This document shows positions 39,016 to 52,300 of a DNA stretch of 64,000 nt, piece by piece. The translations under genes and the position numbers were made by a program. Within the stretch, counting starts at the first letter, position 1; the number at the start of each line of letters is the position of its first letter. Under the pieces are notes generated by a model. That model saw only the letters and a list, made by a program, of their open reading frames with translations, had not been told where the DNA came from and made no database searches. The stretch lies in contig LSRY02000002.1 of assembly GCA_001643675.2 (NCBI GenBank), forward strand, positions 1,860,001-1,924,000. Reading direction: 5' to 3'. Source of the stretch: Monocercomonoides exilis PA203. Its lineage: Eukaryota > Protista > Preaxostyla.

Positions 39016-39653
39016 CATGAAATTTGACATAATCAACATTTTTCAAAAAGTGATGTGATATATTTCGCAAAGCTGGATTTGAAATAAATGATGAAATGTG
39101 TAATATCATAAGAAAACAAACTTTTTTTTTGAAGTTGATAAAAAAAAAATGTTTTGACATTGGTGAAAAGTGTTGATTGTAATGTTGATTGCATCGTTTT
39201 TATAATAAAAGCTTTTAATTGAATGAAATGAAAAATAAAATTATTTGAAAGAGATATTATCTCTTCTCGGTGTTTTCCACATTTTTTTCTTTTCAAATGG
39301 TAGAACCGAAGTTCTGTAATTGAAAAATCTTATTTGTCTCATTCCAATAGAAATGTGCTGATGATTGATTTTGTTTCAAAACAAATTTCCATATTCATTT
39401 GTTGATTGCTGCAATTGAGTTTTCTAATTAATCTGAAATGCTTATATGATTCATTCTCAGTTAACAACATGGGGGAAAATACGAACTTTCAAGCTTTATT
39501 TGAATTTAAGGAAAAAACTTTGTTTCGGTCAAAACTAAATTGAACTTTTTCACATTTCAAAATATATTGCATTTTTATATCAGCATGCAGTCATCATTGA
39601 AAAGATTACTAATCATTTTGTGACCTGACGAGAATATGTCATAATTATTCAGA

Positions 39654-39684
<31 letters not shown>

Positions 39685-40372
39685 TGTTTTCTGGAGAAAT
39701 CAATAACCCAATATTTTTATCAAAATTTCATTCCAACTCACAAAACTTCCAACAATACATTGGATAACAATGTTGAGCATTTGTTTTCATGCTGGTGAAT
39801 AAAGGTGAGCTGAAATGAAATTTTAATGAAAATCTTCAATTATTATTATCACCTGAAAAAAATTTTGAAGGAACTAATAAAAAAATAGTTCTCAAGTTTT
39901 TTTAGTTTTAACATCAATCGAAATGTGTTTAATGTTCAGATGAAAGATTTTTTGTCCATGATGAATTATAATATTTTTTTTATGACCACATCAAAAATAA
40001 AAAAATAATGAAACAGAAAAAATTCACCAAGAATAAAAAAAAAATTATCTCAGAGAAGGAAAATTGATCGAAACAGAATTTTATGTGGAATTGAAAAACA
40101 ATGAAAAACATTTTTCATAAAATATCTTTTAAATATGATGAAATACAATTTCTTAAAAACAAAAAGATTTGATTCATTTCAAAGAATTTTTGGAAAAATG
40201 TAAAGAAGTGTATCGTATGAGAAATATCTCTGATTTTTATTTTATCAATAAATATTACAATTTATCATTGATTTTGAGACAAACTGCTTCTTCTCTGGAT
40301 AATCAAAAAAATAAAATGAAAATATGTGACCCTTATTTAAATAATTATTTGTCATAAATAACATTATTCTTG

Positions 40373-41633
40373 ATGGAAAGATTTACTGTCGAAAAATTAC
40401 TTGGAAAAGGAACTTACGGTAATGTTTATCTTGCTGAAGATCATGTTACTGGGAAGAAGGTTGCATTAAAACAATTGAAAGTTATGAAAGAAACTGTTGG
40501 CCTTCATTTCACTCTTGTTCGAGAAATATCTATTCTTCAAGAGCTGCATCATGATAACATTGTCCGAATTTTAAGTATTGTTACTGATTCAAAAAAATCT
40601 ATTTCCATTGCTTATGAACTGATGGAAACTGATCTTGAGAAAATCATTTACAATCAAGATTATATTCTTACTCCTTCTATCATAAAAGCGTACATGAAAA
40701 TGATTTTCCAAGCACTGCATTGCTGTCACTCAAATTTTATTCTTCATAGAGTTTGCTTTTTATTGTGAAGTAAAAATTATTGTTAATTTTCAATGTATTC
40801 ATGACGTATAGGATCTCAAGCCAGAAAACCTTCTTGTTGCGCAAGACAACACACTAAAACTTGGGGATTTTGGGTTTGCGCGCTTTTACGGAGAATCTGG
40901 AGAGCAGTTGTCATATGAAGTTTGCTCTCCGTATTACAGGCCTCCAGAACTTCTATTTGGATCAACTCAATATTCCTCAAGCGTTGATATGTGGTCCGCT
41001 GGATGTATTATGGCAGAAATGATGCAAAGAGCTCCACTTTTTGTTGGAAAAGACGAAATTGATCAATTGTCAAAAATTTTCTTTGTTTTAGGAACTCCGA
41101 AAAAAGAAGAGTGGCCAGGCGTTGGGTCACTTCCTTCATTCGTGAAATTCACTCCTCGTGAGCCAATGCCATTACAAGTATTAATCACTTTCTATTATAT
41201 TTTGCCGTCATTGCTCTCCACTCAATAATTATTTTCAAATTTCAAAATAAAAGGCAATTTTCCCAGCCGCTTCAGAAGATGCAATTGATTTGCTTTCTCA
41301 ATTACTGAAGCTTGATCCAAGAAAAAGAATAACAGCAAGAGAGGTTTGTCTTATTTTTGAAAAGTTCTTTTTTAATATTTTTTGAAAAATTTCTGCATTT
41401 GCAAAAGGCTTTGAAGCATAGATATTTTTCTTCACTTCCTGAAGCTGCAAGAAACGAAGATTTACCGTCTCCAAATAAGAAAACAGTTTGAATTTAGCTT
41501 TTTGCTTTGTAGCACTTTGATTTTTTATTAATATATTTATCCATTTTAGGAAATTAAAACTGGAGACGGAATGCCTGAACTTCCGTTGGTCACTCCTCTT
41601 CCACCTGTGAAAACATTGCCTCTGTTCTCTTGA
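40373..41633 (+). CDS. CDK7: Cyclin-dependent kinase, CDK7/CAK-like (5 exons)
   Basis: GKGTYG, VALK, GLHFTLVREI (CDK7-type C-helix), METDLE..I...LTPSIIKAYM, HRDLKPEN, DFG, YRPPELLFG and LQAIFPAASEDAIDLL. Confidence 0.8.
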
Positions 41634-41805
41634 AGAGTAATCCTCGCAGTGGTGAATTCATCTCCATTCCCAATCGGTAAATTCGAAACTATAGATTGAT
41701 TGAGCTACAATTGATTGATGAAATTCAACTATTTTTTCAATGAATTGTTTATCGTGCCAAGTGAAACTATAAAGGTTATGATCAAAAGTCGATAAAAATA
41801 AAAGC

Positions 41806-44630
41806 ATGAAGTTAGCTTGTATTTAATTTATATCTATTTTACAAACAGTTGCTTATTATATAATTATAATTATTTTTATTTGAACCATATGTAGAGGTCC
41901 AGTTAATTTTCAAGAAAAAATTCATGCCCATGGAGATGTTATCGAGGGATTGAAACGATTGAACAGAGATATAATAACACCATTTGAACAGTCATGCCAA
42001 TTTCAAATGTTCCACAGGTTTTTTACTTTTTAATAAAACGAAAAATTTAAAGATAGAACGAAAATTTAATAATTTTTTTAGTATGCCATTGCGAGACAGT
42101 GATTTTGATTCTAATCCCATGGTCCTTCTTCTTGGTTTGCTTGTACTATTTAATATTTTAATAACTTTTCTATATGTTTTTTAGGGCAATATTCTGTTGG
42201 AAAGGTAAAATTTTTCTTTCAAACATTAAGCAATGCTTATACAAATAATTTAGACATCTTTTATAGAATACTTGCTTGGAAGGTCATATCCAGGACAATT
42301 AATTGGGTTTGATACAATACTAGTCAAAAAATTTTCTTATTTTAATTATTTTTTATTATGACAGTCCTGAACCAACAACTGATAAATTTGTTGCTGTATA
42401 TCATGGAATGGAAGATAATGTCATTCCTGGGTATGCCTTTAGTCATCATTACAACTTTTTGAATTATTTTCTTTTGTTTTATAAAGAAATGCTGCTTCGA
42501 TGCAATCTAATCTACCATTTCAGACACTTGAACGTTTTGGATCAAACTTTTTAAACAGATTTAACGTTGCGACATGCAGTGCACCTCTTTTAAACTCTAT
42601 AACTTTGATTGATTCGCCCGGTGTGCTGAGTGGAGAGCAGCAAAGATTAGGTCGAGCATACGATTTCCGAGCGGTTGTGGAGTGGTTTGCCTTGAGAGCA
42701 GACATGATCCTTCTTCTATTTGATGCTAACAAGCTCGATATTTCTGATGAATTTCGCACTGTGATTGATTCACTGCGGGGAAATGAGGACAAAGTGAGGG
42801 TTATTCTTAACAAAGCAGATGGGCTGTCAACACAGAATCTGATGAGAGTGTATGGTGCTCTGCTATGGTCTCTGTCGCGTGTGTTCAAGACACCCGAAGT
42901 GATTCGTGTGTACATTGGCTCGTTTTGGAAGGAGCCCTTGAAATCAGAGGAGCTGAAGACGCTGTTCCAGAGGGAGATGGCTGATCTGCTGAAGGAGCTG
43001 GGCACTCTTCCGCGTGTTGCAGCACAGCGCAGAGTGAATGAGCTGGTGAAGCGGACGAAGCTGTGCAGGGCGGTGGCAGCGCTCACAACATACCTCAGAG
43101 ACGAGATGCCTGTCTTTGGAAAGGACAAGAAGAAAGCCGAGGTGTGTTGATGATAAATGAAATTGTTGTTGAATTAAAAGAAATTTGCATGTCAATTTGA
43201 AAGTAATCATATTTATCTGATTTTATAAGCAGATTCGTTTTAACTTTTTCATAAAAAATTCTCGTTCATTTTTCTTTAAAAATTTTTTTAATATTTCTGA
43301 CATTATTATATATCTTATTCAGATGTTGGCGAACCTCCCAACTATTTATCAGACCCTTGCCAGTATGTACGGCTTCAGCGTTGGCGACTTCCCTCCACCT
43401 GATCCAATGAGAGCCAGACTGCAAGGCATGGACTTCATGAAATTCAACAAGATCCCTCCTCCAATGTTCGCTGAAATTAAAAAGGTTTGTATATATTATT
43501 TCTTAAAATTAAGTTTACGTTTGTTTCATTGGTCATTTCAAAAAAATTTTTTTGTTTTCTTATTTGGTTAACACAATTCTTACATGTCATTATTTGTTAT
43601 TTTAAATGGAACGTCTTTTTTCATCCTATATTAACAGGCACTTACTGAAACACTGCCACAGCACCTGAATCTTCTGCAGCCAACAGCCGAAGACACATAC
43701 ATCAACCCGTTCGAACTGGAAGCCAAATACGGGGACAAATGGAAAGTGCAGCCGAAAGAAGAAGAGAAGTACAAGCAGCTGTTCATACAAAAAGCCGGGC
43801 TGAATACTGCCCTTCCGAATTTCGGTGCTCCGCGTGGGGAAGATCCCTTGCACGATGCGAAGATCGATGGAGAAGTGCTGAAGGCGCTGTTTGTGAAGTC
43901 TGGCCTGGACCTGTCCAACCTGCGGGAGCTGTGGCGCCTGTCTGACATCGATCGCGACGAGAAGCTGAACTACGAAGAGTTCATCATCTCGATGCACCTC
44001 CTCAAGCTCGCCAGAGACAACCGCGGAATCCTCCCGCTGTCGCTGCCGCCAGAGTTCGTTGTCTACATCCACCGCACTTTCGGTAGACCGGAGCCTGCTC
44101 ACACACAGCCACGGCCTGCTCCTGTCCCTGCCCCTGCTCCTCCACAGGCACCAATTGCACCTCCTCAGCCAGCGCCTCCAATGGCCCCCCAGTCTGTCTC
44201 GCCTTCTCCTTCTCCTGCTGTTTCTTCTGCGACTCCCTCTTCGCCCGCTGTGCAGCACACACCGCCAGTACCTGCCCAACCTCCGATGCAGCCAATGACT
44301 CCACCGATGGCACAGCCTGTGATGCAGCAGTCTTCTGCCTCGCCTGTTCCTCAACAGTCACCTGCTCCATCGCCTCCAATTGTCTCTCACTCTTCGCTCC
44401 CACCGCCTCCTCCGACAAACAAGCCAGCAATCCCCACACGCCCACCTCCTGTGATGATGGCGTCGCCTTCTTCTGCTCCTCCGCCAGTTCCGCAGTCAAC
44501 CTCTTCTGCGCCTCCTCCTTCTCTTCCGCACTCCTCTTTGCCTCCTCCTCCTTCTTCGCTCTCTTCCTCAGGACATCTTCCTCCTCAGTACGCTGACACA
44601 CCAGGAGCTCTGCATTCGCAGGGCGAGTAA
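41806..44630 (+). CDS. EHD: EH-domain-containing dynamin-like ATPase (EHD/RME-1) with Pro-rich tail (~9 exons)
   Basis: PMVLLLGQYSVGKTSFI, IGPEPTTD, IDSPGVLSGEQQRLGRAYDF, LNKAD, RVYGALLWSL and RVYIGSFW, followed by a C-terminal EH domain (LRELWRLSDIDRDEKLNYEEF). Confidence 0.95.
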
Positions 44631-45225
44631 AATACAATGTGAAGAGAACAGAAAGGATATATTTGTTGATATTGATTTTGTTTAACATATCCTCAAAATC
44701 TTTTTGAACTTTTTTAAGTTGATTTGTTTGTTTTCTTTCAAAAAAATATTCTCATCTGAGGCTTGCTTCTTTTCTTTGTTACAACTTTATCAGCCTTTCA
44801 TATCAGTTTATTGTTGTCTTTTTGCTTAAGATGGTTCTTATATTTACCTGTTACCTTATTCATGTTTGTATATTTTGATGTATTTTGAGGATTTCGAACC
44901 ATTCTTAGTGAAAAAAATCTATTACTTTGAGTATTCCATATTGTTGTTTGTGAAAGAGAGAAAAAATATACAATTATTACTGATATTTTCATTTGAAATA
45001 AGAGAAATCGAAAAATAATGAGAACTTTGTTTGAGCCACCCGATGTATCGTAATTCTCGAGAATATCCGCAATAATATCTGCAAACATTTGAGTAAAATA
45101 AATATGCACAAATTAACTACTTTGCACTTCACTCTACAACTACAGGGACTTGTTTGAAATAACACATTTCAAATCACTGAAGCTATTTACAACAAGCACG
45201 TTCATCATTGGATCCAAATATGAGG

Positions 45226-46094
45226 TCATCCAAATGAGGGATAACGAATAAAGCTTGTTTGCATAATCTTCTCCAAAAGTTCAAATAAAAGTCATGCTAA
45301 TCTTTGAGTGAATCACTCAATTAGCGTGAGGAGTATAACCTCAATCATCCTTTTTCTGTGTCGAAATGAAACATTAAATTCTTGTTCCAAACGTTTTCGT
45401 ATCATTCGGCAGCTAATCGCAGTTTCAGGTTCAATCTTAAATAAGAAAAATTATTTTTTCAATATTAAAAAGTGAAAATAAAAACCTTTTTCAAAAGCAA
45501 AATTATGCAGTTTGTAAGAATATGAAGAGGAGGAAGCTAAAAAAAAGTGAATTGCAAATTTGTAAATGAAAGCATACTCGTCCAGTTATTACTGTGAATA
45601 AAGGCTTCTTCGTCTCAGGCGATAGAATAAGTGGTTCCTTTGGCAAAGACATAAGCGGAGTTGCCATTAAATGCAAATCAGATCCTTTGGTTAAAAAGTT
45701 GAAAAAATTTAAGATATTAAGAATCAAGCAAACTTTTGGGATGAAATACTCGAAGTTCAGCTTCATATCTTTCCTGATCAATCTGTGCAAGTGCTTCAAA
45801 ATGAGCAACCTGTTTGTCAGAAAGCTTTTCCCAACAATGTTCGGAAAATTTTAAAAGGATTTCCTTTGAAGTTTTCCGAGGTTTTTTGAAACGACCTCTT
45901 TCAATTATATAAGTTAACTAACATAATTTAAAAAGCCAAAAAATAACCATAAAGCGAACCAATAGAAAAAGTACAATAAATACATAAGATTTGTTTGCAT
46001 AAACAAAAAAGGCAAAAGAAGGTGCAGGAGGACGAGGAGCAATCAATAATCTATGTTTCTTTCGTTCTTCAATCCAACGATTCCATTCTTCCAT
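45226..46094 (-). CDS. HMG-box + DEK-C-like domain protein (multi-exon; both ends uncertain)
   Basis: Spliced APRPPAPSFAFFVYA...CWEKLSDKQVAHFEALAQIDQERYEAEL (HMG box) is joined through a phase-1 GTTTG intron to ISCRMIRKRLEQEFNVSFRHRKRMIE (DEK-C-like). Confidence 0.65.
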
Positions 46095-46337
46095 TCTTTT
46101 ATTGAAATTCACAAATTAATAAAATTTAAAACAATCCATATGTTTGCGCACACTCATAATTGTTCTTGAAACAAAACAACTGAAAAAGAATTAAATAATT
46201 TTTTAATGGGTACATTATTCAATTTTTTCATGTTGTTCATAAGTTCTTTCTAGGTGGCACCATTTCATTTTTTTTGGAAATCAAAGGTTAATGAATTTTG
46301 ATGATTCAAATATATATTACAGGCATTTGATCAAAAA

Positions 46338-49300
46338 ATGAAAAACATATCAGTTATTCTAGAAGAGTTTATTAAACTTCTCGATTTAAGTGAAAAAGTA
46401 CTATTTACAACAATAGGTCCGGCAGAGTCACATTTTATTTATGTGGTTACAAAATCAAGGATCATTCAATTGAAACCAGAGTTTAAAAGTAATTGCAAGG
46501 GAAATACAAAAATAATCGGATCATTTGAATTGCCAAAAAATTCTACACAACCTATATCACTTGAATGGGTGGATGATATGGAGGAATTTACATTTTTTGA
46601 CGAATCAGGTCATTTTTTCGTTTCGCATACCCTTGCGGAATGGGAGCTAAGAGGTAAAATTCCTGTCCCATCTGGGAAACTTCAAGGCGAAAAAAACAAA
46701 GTCATTACAACAAAATGGAGCACAGGGGAGCCTGTTTGTGCTGCTGTCACCCGTTCAGGAAAAGTGATAATCATTAACGGTGAAGGCGAAGTGATGAAAA
46801 CAACAAGTCTTGTTTCTCCAACAACCATAGAAGGATCCATACCTCTTATTCACGATGCTCATATTGTATGGACAGATGATCGTTCATCTTTGGCTGTTTC
46901 TTTTAGAACCGAGGAAAAAACTAACGATCAATTTTCATCTGTATCTATTCCAAAAATATCGATTTTGGATTATAAATGGAGAGTTGCATGCCCTTCTCCT
47001 TTTCCTTGTTCTGGTTTTCCTTGTGCTTGGCGTCCCAATAGGTCCACGCTAACCTGCATTGAGGATTTGCGACAGGCTGATCCTTCTACATCTCCAAAAT
47101 CATCATATCAAACACCATATCAAATTGTTTGTTCAATGGCATCATCTTTCACATGGGAAGGACGACCACCTCCACCAAAACCATCAACATATGCTCCATC
47201 ACGAACATCGCTTGCTGTGGATGAACTGGAATCCAAAGATAAAGCCGACAACTCATCAACTTCAACTTCATCATTATCATCATCATCTTCTTCTTCTCCA
47301 GCTTCTCTTTTGAATGTCCTTCTTGTTGGAGACACAGGAAGAGTGCAAGACGGATTCGGTGTGTATCACCAATCAAAAATGGGCGAAGTTGTTAGCGTGG
47401 CTTGGGCAAGAAGCACAACCGACAGCAGTGATCTTCTTGCGCTGTTGGCAGAAAAGAAGAAATTGGAAGAAAAGAAAGATGAGCAAACAGAAATTGAAAA
47501 GGGAGATGAAAAAGAAGAAGAAAAAGAAATAGAAGCCAAAACAGAATCAGAGAAGGAGTATATTTTGCAATTATATTCAACTTCGAATGGAAGATGGTAC
47601 TTGAAACACGAAACAGACATAAGTCTTCCAACACCATCACATTCATCTCCATCATCATCACCATCATCACCATCATCCTCATCAGACGTATCTTCCTCAT
47701 CATCCATCACTTCTCAGACATTTAAGCCTTCTCTGTCATTTGTGACCGATCCACTGTTCATCACATCTGCCTTCAACAACGAAATGTTTGGGGCGCTGTG
47801 CCATCTGCGAATCCTGAGCACTTCCTCTCTGCTCGGAATGCAGCTGCTGGTGAGCGTCGACAGCAACAGCGACGGTGTGACAGCGGTTGTGGATGGCGAC
47901 TTAGTTCACACCACACACTTTGCCCAGCAAGTATCCCCACCGCCAATATTCGCATACACCACACTCTTCGGAGACTTGAAGGAGTTGAAGAGTGGAGATG
48001 GACTGACAATACAGCAGTGCCCTCAGTCAGCTGCGGTCAAAGCGGTTTCTTTCAACAAAGCGAGGAAAGCGCTGCTTCGTGTCTGCGGAGAAAAGAAGTG
48101 GGAGTGTTTGAACCCGACCATTCCACTTCAGAAGAAAAAGTTGTTCAAGCTGAATCCGTTTGCTGTGCTGACACAGGATGGCATCAGAGTGTCAACACAT
48201 CCTCACATTTTGCTTCCATTCCCTTCGAAATTCGGAGAAAGCAGGAAAATTGCAGAGAATCTTCCTCTTTTGAGTCATTTTTGCTGGTTTTCTGAATGCT
48301 CTTTTCTGCTGGCAACGTCATACCCCCAGCACGCCCTCTTTGTTGTTTCATATTCTCCTTCATTAAACAATTCAACGGAATCATCATCATCTGCATCATC
48401 TGCTTCATCAGCTTCTTCACAAAGCGATGAGCAGCTCCCCATTGTTTCTGTGACAGAGTTTGTTCTCTCATCGCCTGTTGTCAACATCTCAGAAGTGTCT
48501 GTCCTTTCACAAGTGGCTTCTCAGAAGAATATACCAAGTGAATCAAACACATCTGCTTCTTCATCTGCTTCTTCTTCTTCTTCTGTTGATTCTTCTGCAT
48601 TGCCTTCAGAAACATCTGTGCTGCAGCACATTGCTGCTGCTGTTCATTTGATGGATGGCTCTATTTACTCTCTCGCTGCAGTAGCATCAATGTCGCTTTC
48701 CACTTCGTGTGAAAAGAAGAAAGCAATTTATCTTACGAAAGAAACACCTTTTTCTGTTCAGAGTCACAAACTAAGCCAGATAAATCTCTCTTCTCTTCCA
48801 TTTTCGGCTCCTCCGTCACGAAGCATCATGCTAATTTCCTCTTCAAAACACCAATTTTCTGATTGTAACACAACAGAAGTCACAAAAGCCAAGCAAGCAG
48901 ATCAAAATTCTCGTTCTTCAACAAAATTTGATGAGCCAGCGCTTCTTCAGATGGAGAAAGGCACCGAAACTTGGATTGTGACGCATTCCGCCTCGACATC
49001 TGGTGATGTATTTGTCAATGGGCAGCTGGTGATATCAGGAATCGGCTCAATTGCACCTCACTTCTTTGACACATCTGACAGCGAACACAAACTGCAGACA
49101 CTTGTGATGATCACTCTCAGAAACCAGATGCGTTTTCTGCCGCTTCTGCCAACAGATTCTGCTTTTTCTGCTTCTTCTTCTTCTTCTTCTTCTTCCTCTT
49201 CCTCCTCTTCTCTCTTCTCTCTTTCCCGCCTTCCTCCCTTTGGCCCATACCCTCAGCTCATTCCGTATGTCCGTGAAGTCGAGCGTGGCTCTCGTCTGAT

Positions 49301-52300
49301 TGCAGTCGTCGGCAACAGCACACGCTGTGTGATGCAGATGCCTCGTGGCAACCTCGAGACCGTTCATCCTCACCCACTCCTGATGCACGCCATTCTCTTG
49401 CTCCTTCTTGCCCAGTCGCAGGAAAGAGGGAGGCAGTACATCGATGCTCTGCTGCTGGCAAAACAGCACCGTTTTCCCCCGCCAATCATTGCAGACGCTG
49501 ATCCAAGGCAGTTTGTGCAGTCACTTCCATCGTTTCTGAGAGCAATGGGTGAATACGAAGAACACAGAGCACATTCAACCACACAACCTCCTTCTACTTC
49601 ATCGTCAACAACACAGTTTGTTCTATCGACGCTGCTCAGCTCGCTCACGCTGCCAGACGCCCTCAGCCACAGCGAGGAGAAACATGGTACTTTGCCACCA
49701 GATGTGGGGATGCTGATGAGAGAGAGGAAGAAATCAGAAGAAAAAGTGATGGAGAAGAAGAAGGATAAAATGCAAAAGCAGAAAGGAGGGAAGGGACAGC
49801 GTGTCGAAGAGACTGATAGGAATGTCGATGATCCAATGGAGTCTGATTCTGTTTGGGAGGCGCTGATCAACGAGCACAAGTCCATCTTCACATTCCAGCC
49901 ATCTCATTACAACATCTTTTCTCCTCTGGATTCAACAGCATCGACAAAGTCTGCCAGTCTGCTGGATGCTCTTGTTATCCCTCATTTCCTGAGCGACACA
50001 CATGTTCCATTGACAAAAGCTAATCTTCTTCTTCTTCTCATTGCAAATCAGTTGCTGGCCATCTGCAAGAAATCTTTGTCTGCCAGCTTGCAATTTTACT
50101 CTTCTTCTTCTTCTGCTTCTGCTTCTTCTTCAGCCGATGCTCCTTCCAATGATATTTTATCTCCTTTTGTTTTGCGCCATCATCTGCTCTGCCTGGTTGA
50201 GTGTTTGTGCAGAATTGACTCACCACAATATGAGTCTGTCTTTGTACTTCTTCATTCTGTCTCATCTTATCTCGATGCTTTTTCTGCTTTAACAACAAGA
50301 AAATCATCTTCGTCATCATCATCATCTTCTTCTTCCTTCTCTTTTCTTCCTTCTCTTTCCTCCTTCCAGCACACTCTCACCAACATCCGTGCCTCTATGC
50401 TCTCTCAAGCCCTCTTCTTATGTGGCAGTGCTGATGTGCTGTTCACCTTCTGTCTTGGCTCGTATGACCTTCCATTGACACAGGAGATATCCTCACACAC
50501 ACAAACAGACCCTGCTGAGCATCTGCTGCTGTATGATGAAATCAGAAGGAACGCAGTGGAAAGAGTAAAGGAGAACAAGGAAGAGAGAGAGAAGTGGATG
50601 AAAATGCATTCAATTGGAAAAGAAAATGAATCAGCAGAAAACAAAACAAAGGAATCACAATGCGAAAAAGGAGGTGATTTAGTTGAATCTTCTCTTTCTG
50701 TGCTGGAGTCTGATGAGAATGAACTCGAGTGGCGTATTCAGATCGACCAGAAGCTGAGCAAACTGAAGCACACACTGTGGAACCTGTTTCTGGTGATGCT
50801 GAATGAAGACAGGGGATTTGCTGCTTTGAATGAAAAGAAAGAGAAGGAAAAAGAAACAGGCAATCTTTGTGAAACACCATCTTTCATTAGGCTGAGAAGC
50901 TTTGCTGATGAATGGGATCTGCACGACGAAGCTATCATGCTGTTTAGAACACCTCTAACTTCACTTTTATCTTCTTCTTCTTCTTCTTCTTCCTCTTCCT
51001 CTTCATCCTCTGCATCATCTTCACTTTCTGATTCATTTCTGTTCTTCAAACATTCAATGCATCTATCCCTACCCCGTCTCAACTCACTTCTCTCTCTTTC
51101 AGCACTCCATCGCATTTCATTAGGAGACACCTCTTTGTCGCCATCAATGACGCTGCTCCAACTCAGCCAGACGGAAGAAGCTGTGAATGCACTGATTTCA
51201 GGGCTCCACTGGAAAGAAGCAGTGATTGTGGCAAAGGCACGCATTTGGCATAGTTTGGTGGAGAACAAAAGAGATTCACAGGACAAAACAGGACGCAATG
51301 ATGGATCATTTGAATCAAACTCTTCACAATCCAATGGAAAGAATGTTCCATTCACTCCTGCAGATTGTCTGAAGTTGTGTCGAAAGCTTTCGCAGAGGCT
51401 GGAAGATGCTGGGCGTTTTGCAGATGCAGCTGAAGTGGAGCTGAAATGCACGGCAAGCGAAGAGCAACTGGTTGCTGCAAAAGAAGCGGCTGAAGGAGAT
51501 TCAAAAGCAAAAGACAATAAAGAAGAGAAAAATGAAGCAGATGATGAAGCTAAAAACAATGATGATGAATATGGTGGGTTCTTTGGATTTGGAGAAGGAG
51601 ATTATGATGATGGAGAAGAAGAGCAGTCAAAACAATCATCAGAATCAGCTTCTTCATCCTTGTTGGAGAGACACAGAAGAATCATCCAATTGTATCAACA
51701 AGGACATGTGTGGGATGAGGGCATACTCCTCCTGCCTCTTCCTTCATCATCATCATCATCATCATCATCTTCTTCTTCTTCTGTTCTTTCCATTTGGAGT
51801 CTTTTCTTTGGGGCGTTGCAGCAGCATGTGTCAGATGTGCTCACATCACTCGATGAAACAGTCAGCCAAGTGCAGACATCACACAAGAAAATGGAGAATT
51901 TACAGGCATTTATGAGCGGTGAGATTGCACCAACAACTCCACTCAAGCGAGGAAGAGGCGGTGGGGCAGCAGGGAAAGCAGCGGGAAGAGGCAAAGGATG
52001 GGGCAAAGACGGGAGCTGGGACAACCAAACACGCCAGACGTCTTCTTCTTCATACACGAACAGAGAGAAAGGAGAAGGAGAAGGAGAAGGAGAAGAGAAA
52101 GAGTTCCAGTTTGACGTCCGGCACGGCCACGATGGCGGAGAAGACAGGCACAAGCACAAGCGCTCGTCGAGAGAGCAGAGGCAGCTTGTGACGATGGTGG
52201 AGACGCTGGCTGGGCAGGTGCCGAAGATGCAGTGGCTGAAAGGAGAAGTTGAGGAGCTTATTCGCATCCTCATCCTCACACAGCAGGTTGGGCTGGCTCA

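Noticed and set aside
39658-39682. T25 tract as the poly(A) tail of a retroposed element
   Set aside because: No target-site duplication or recognisable element body; homopolymers are common here.
41640-41800. Possible C/D snoRNA between CDK7-like and EHD
   Set aside because: A TGATGA is present, but there is no matching CTGA box or terminal stem.
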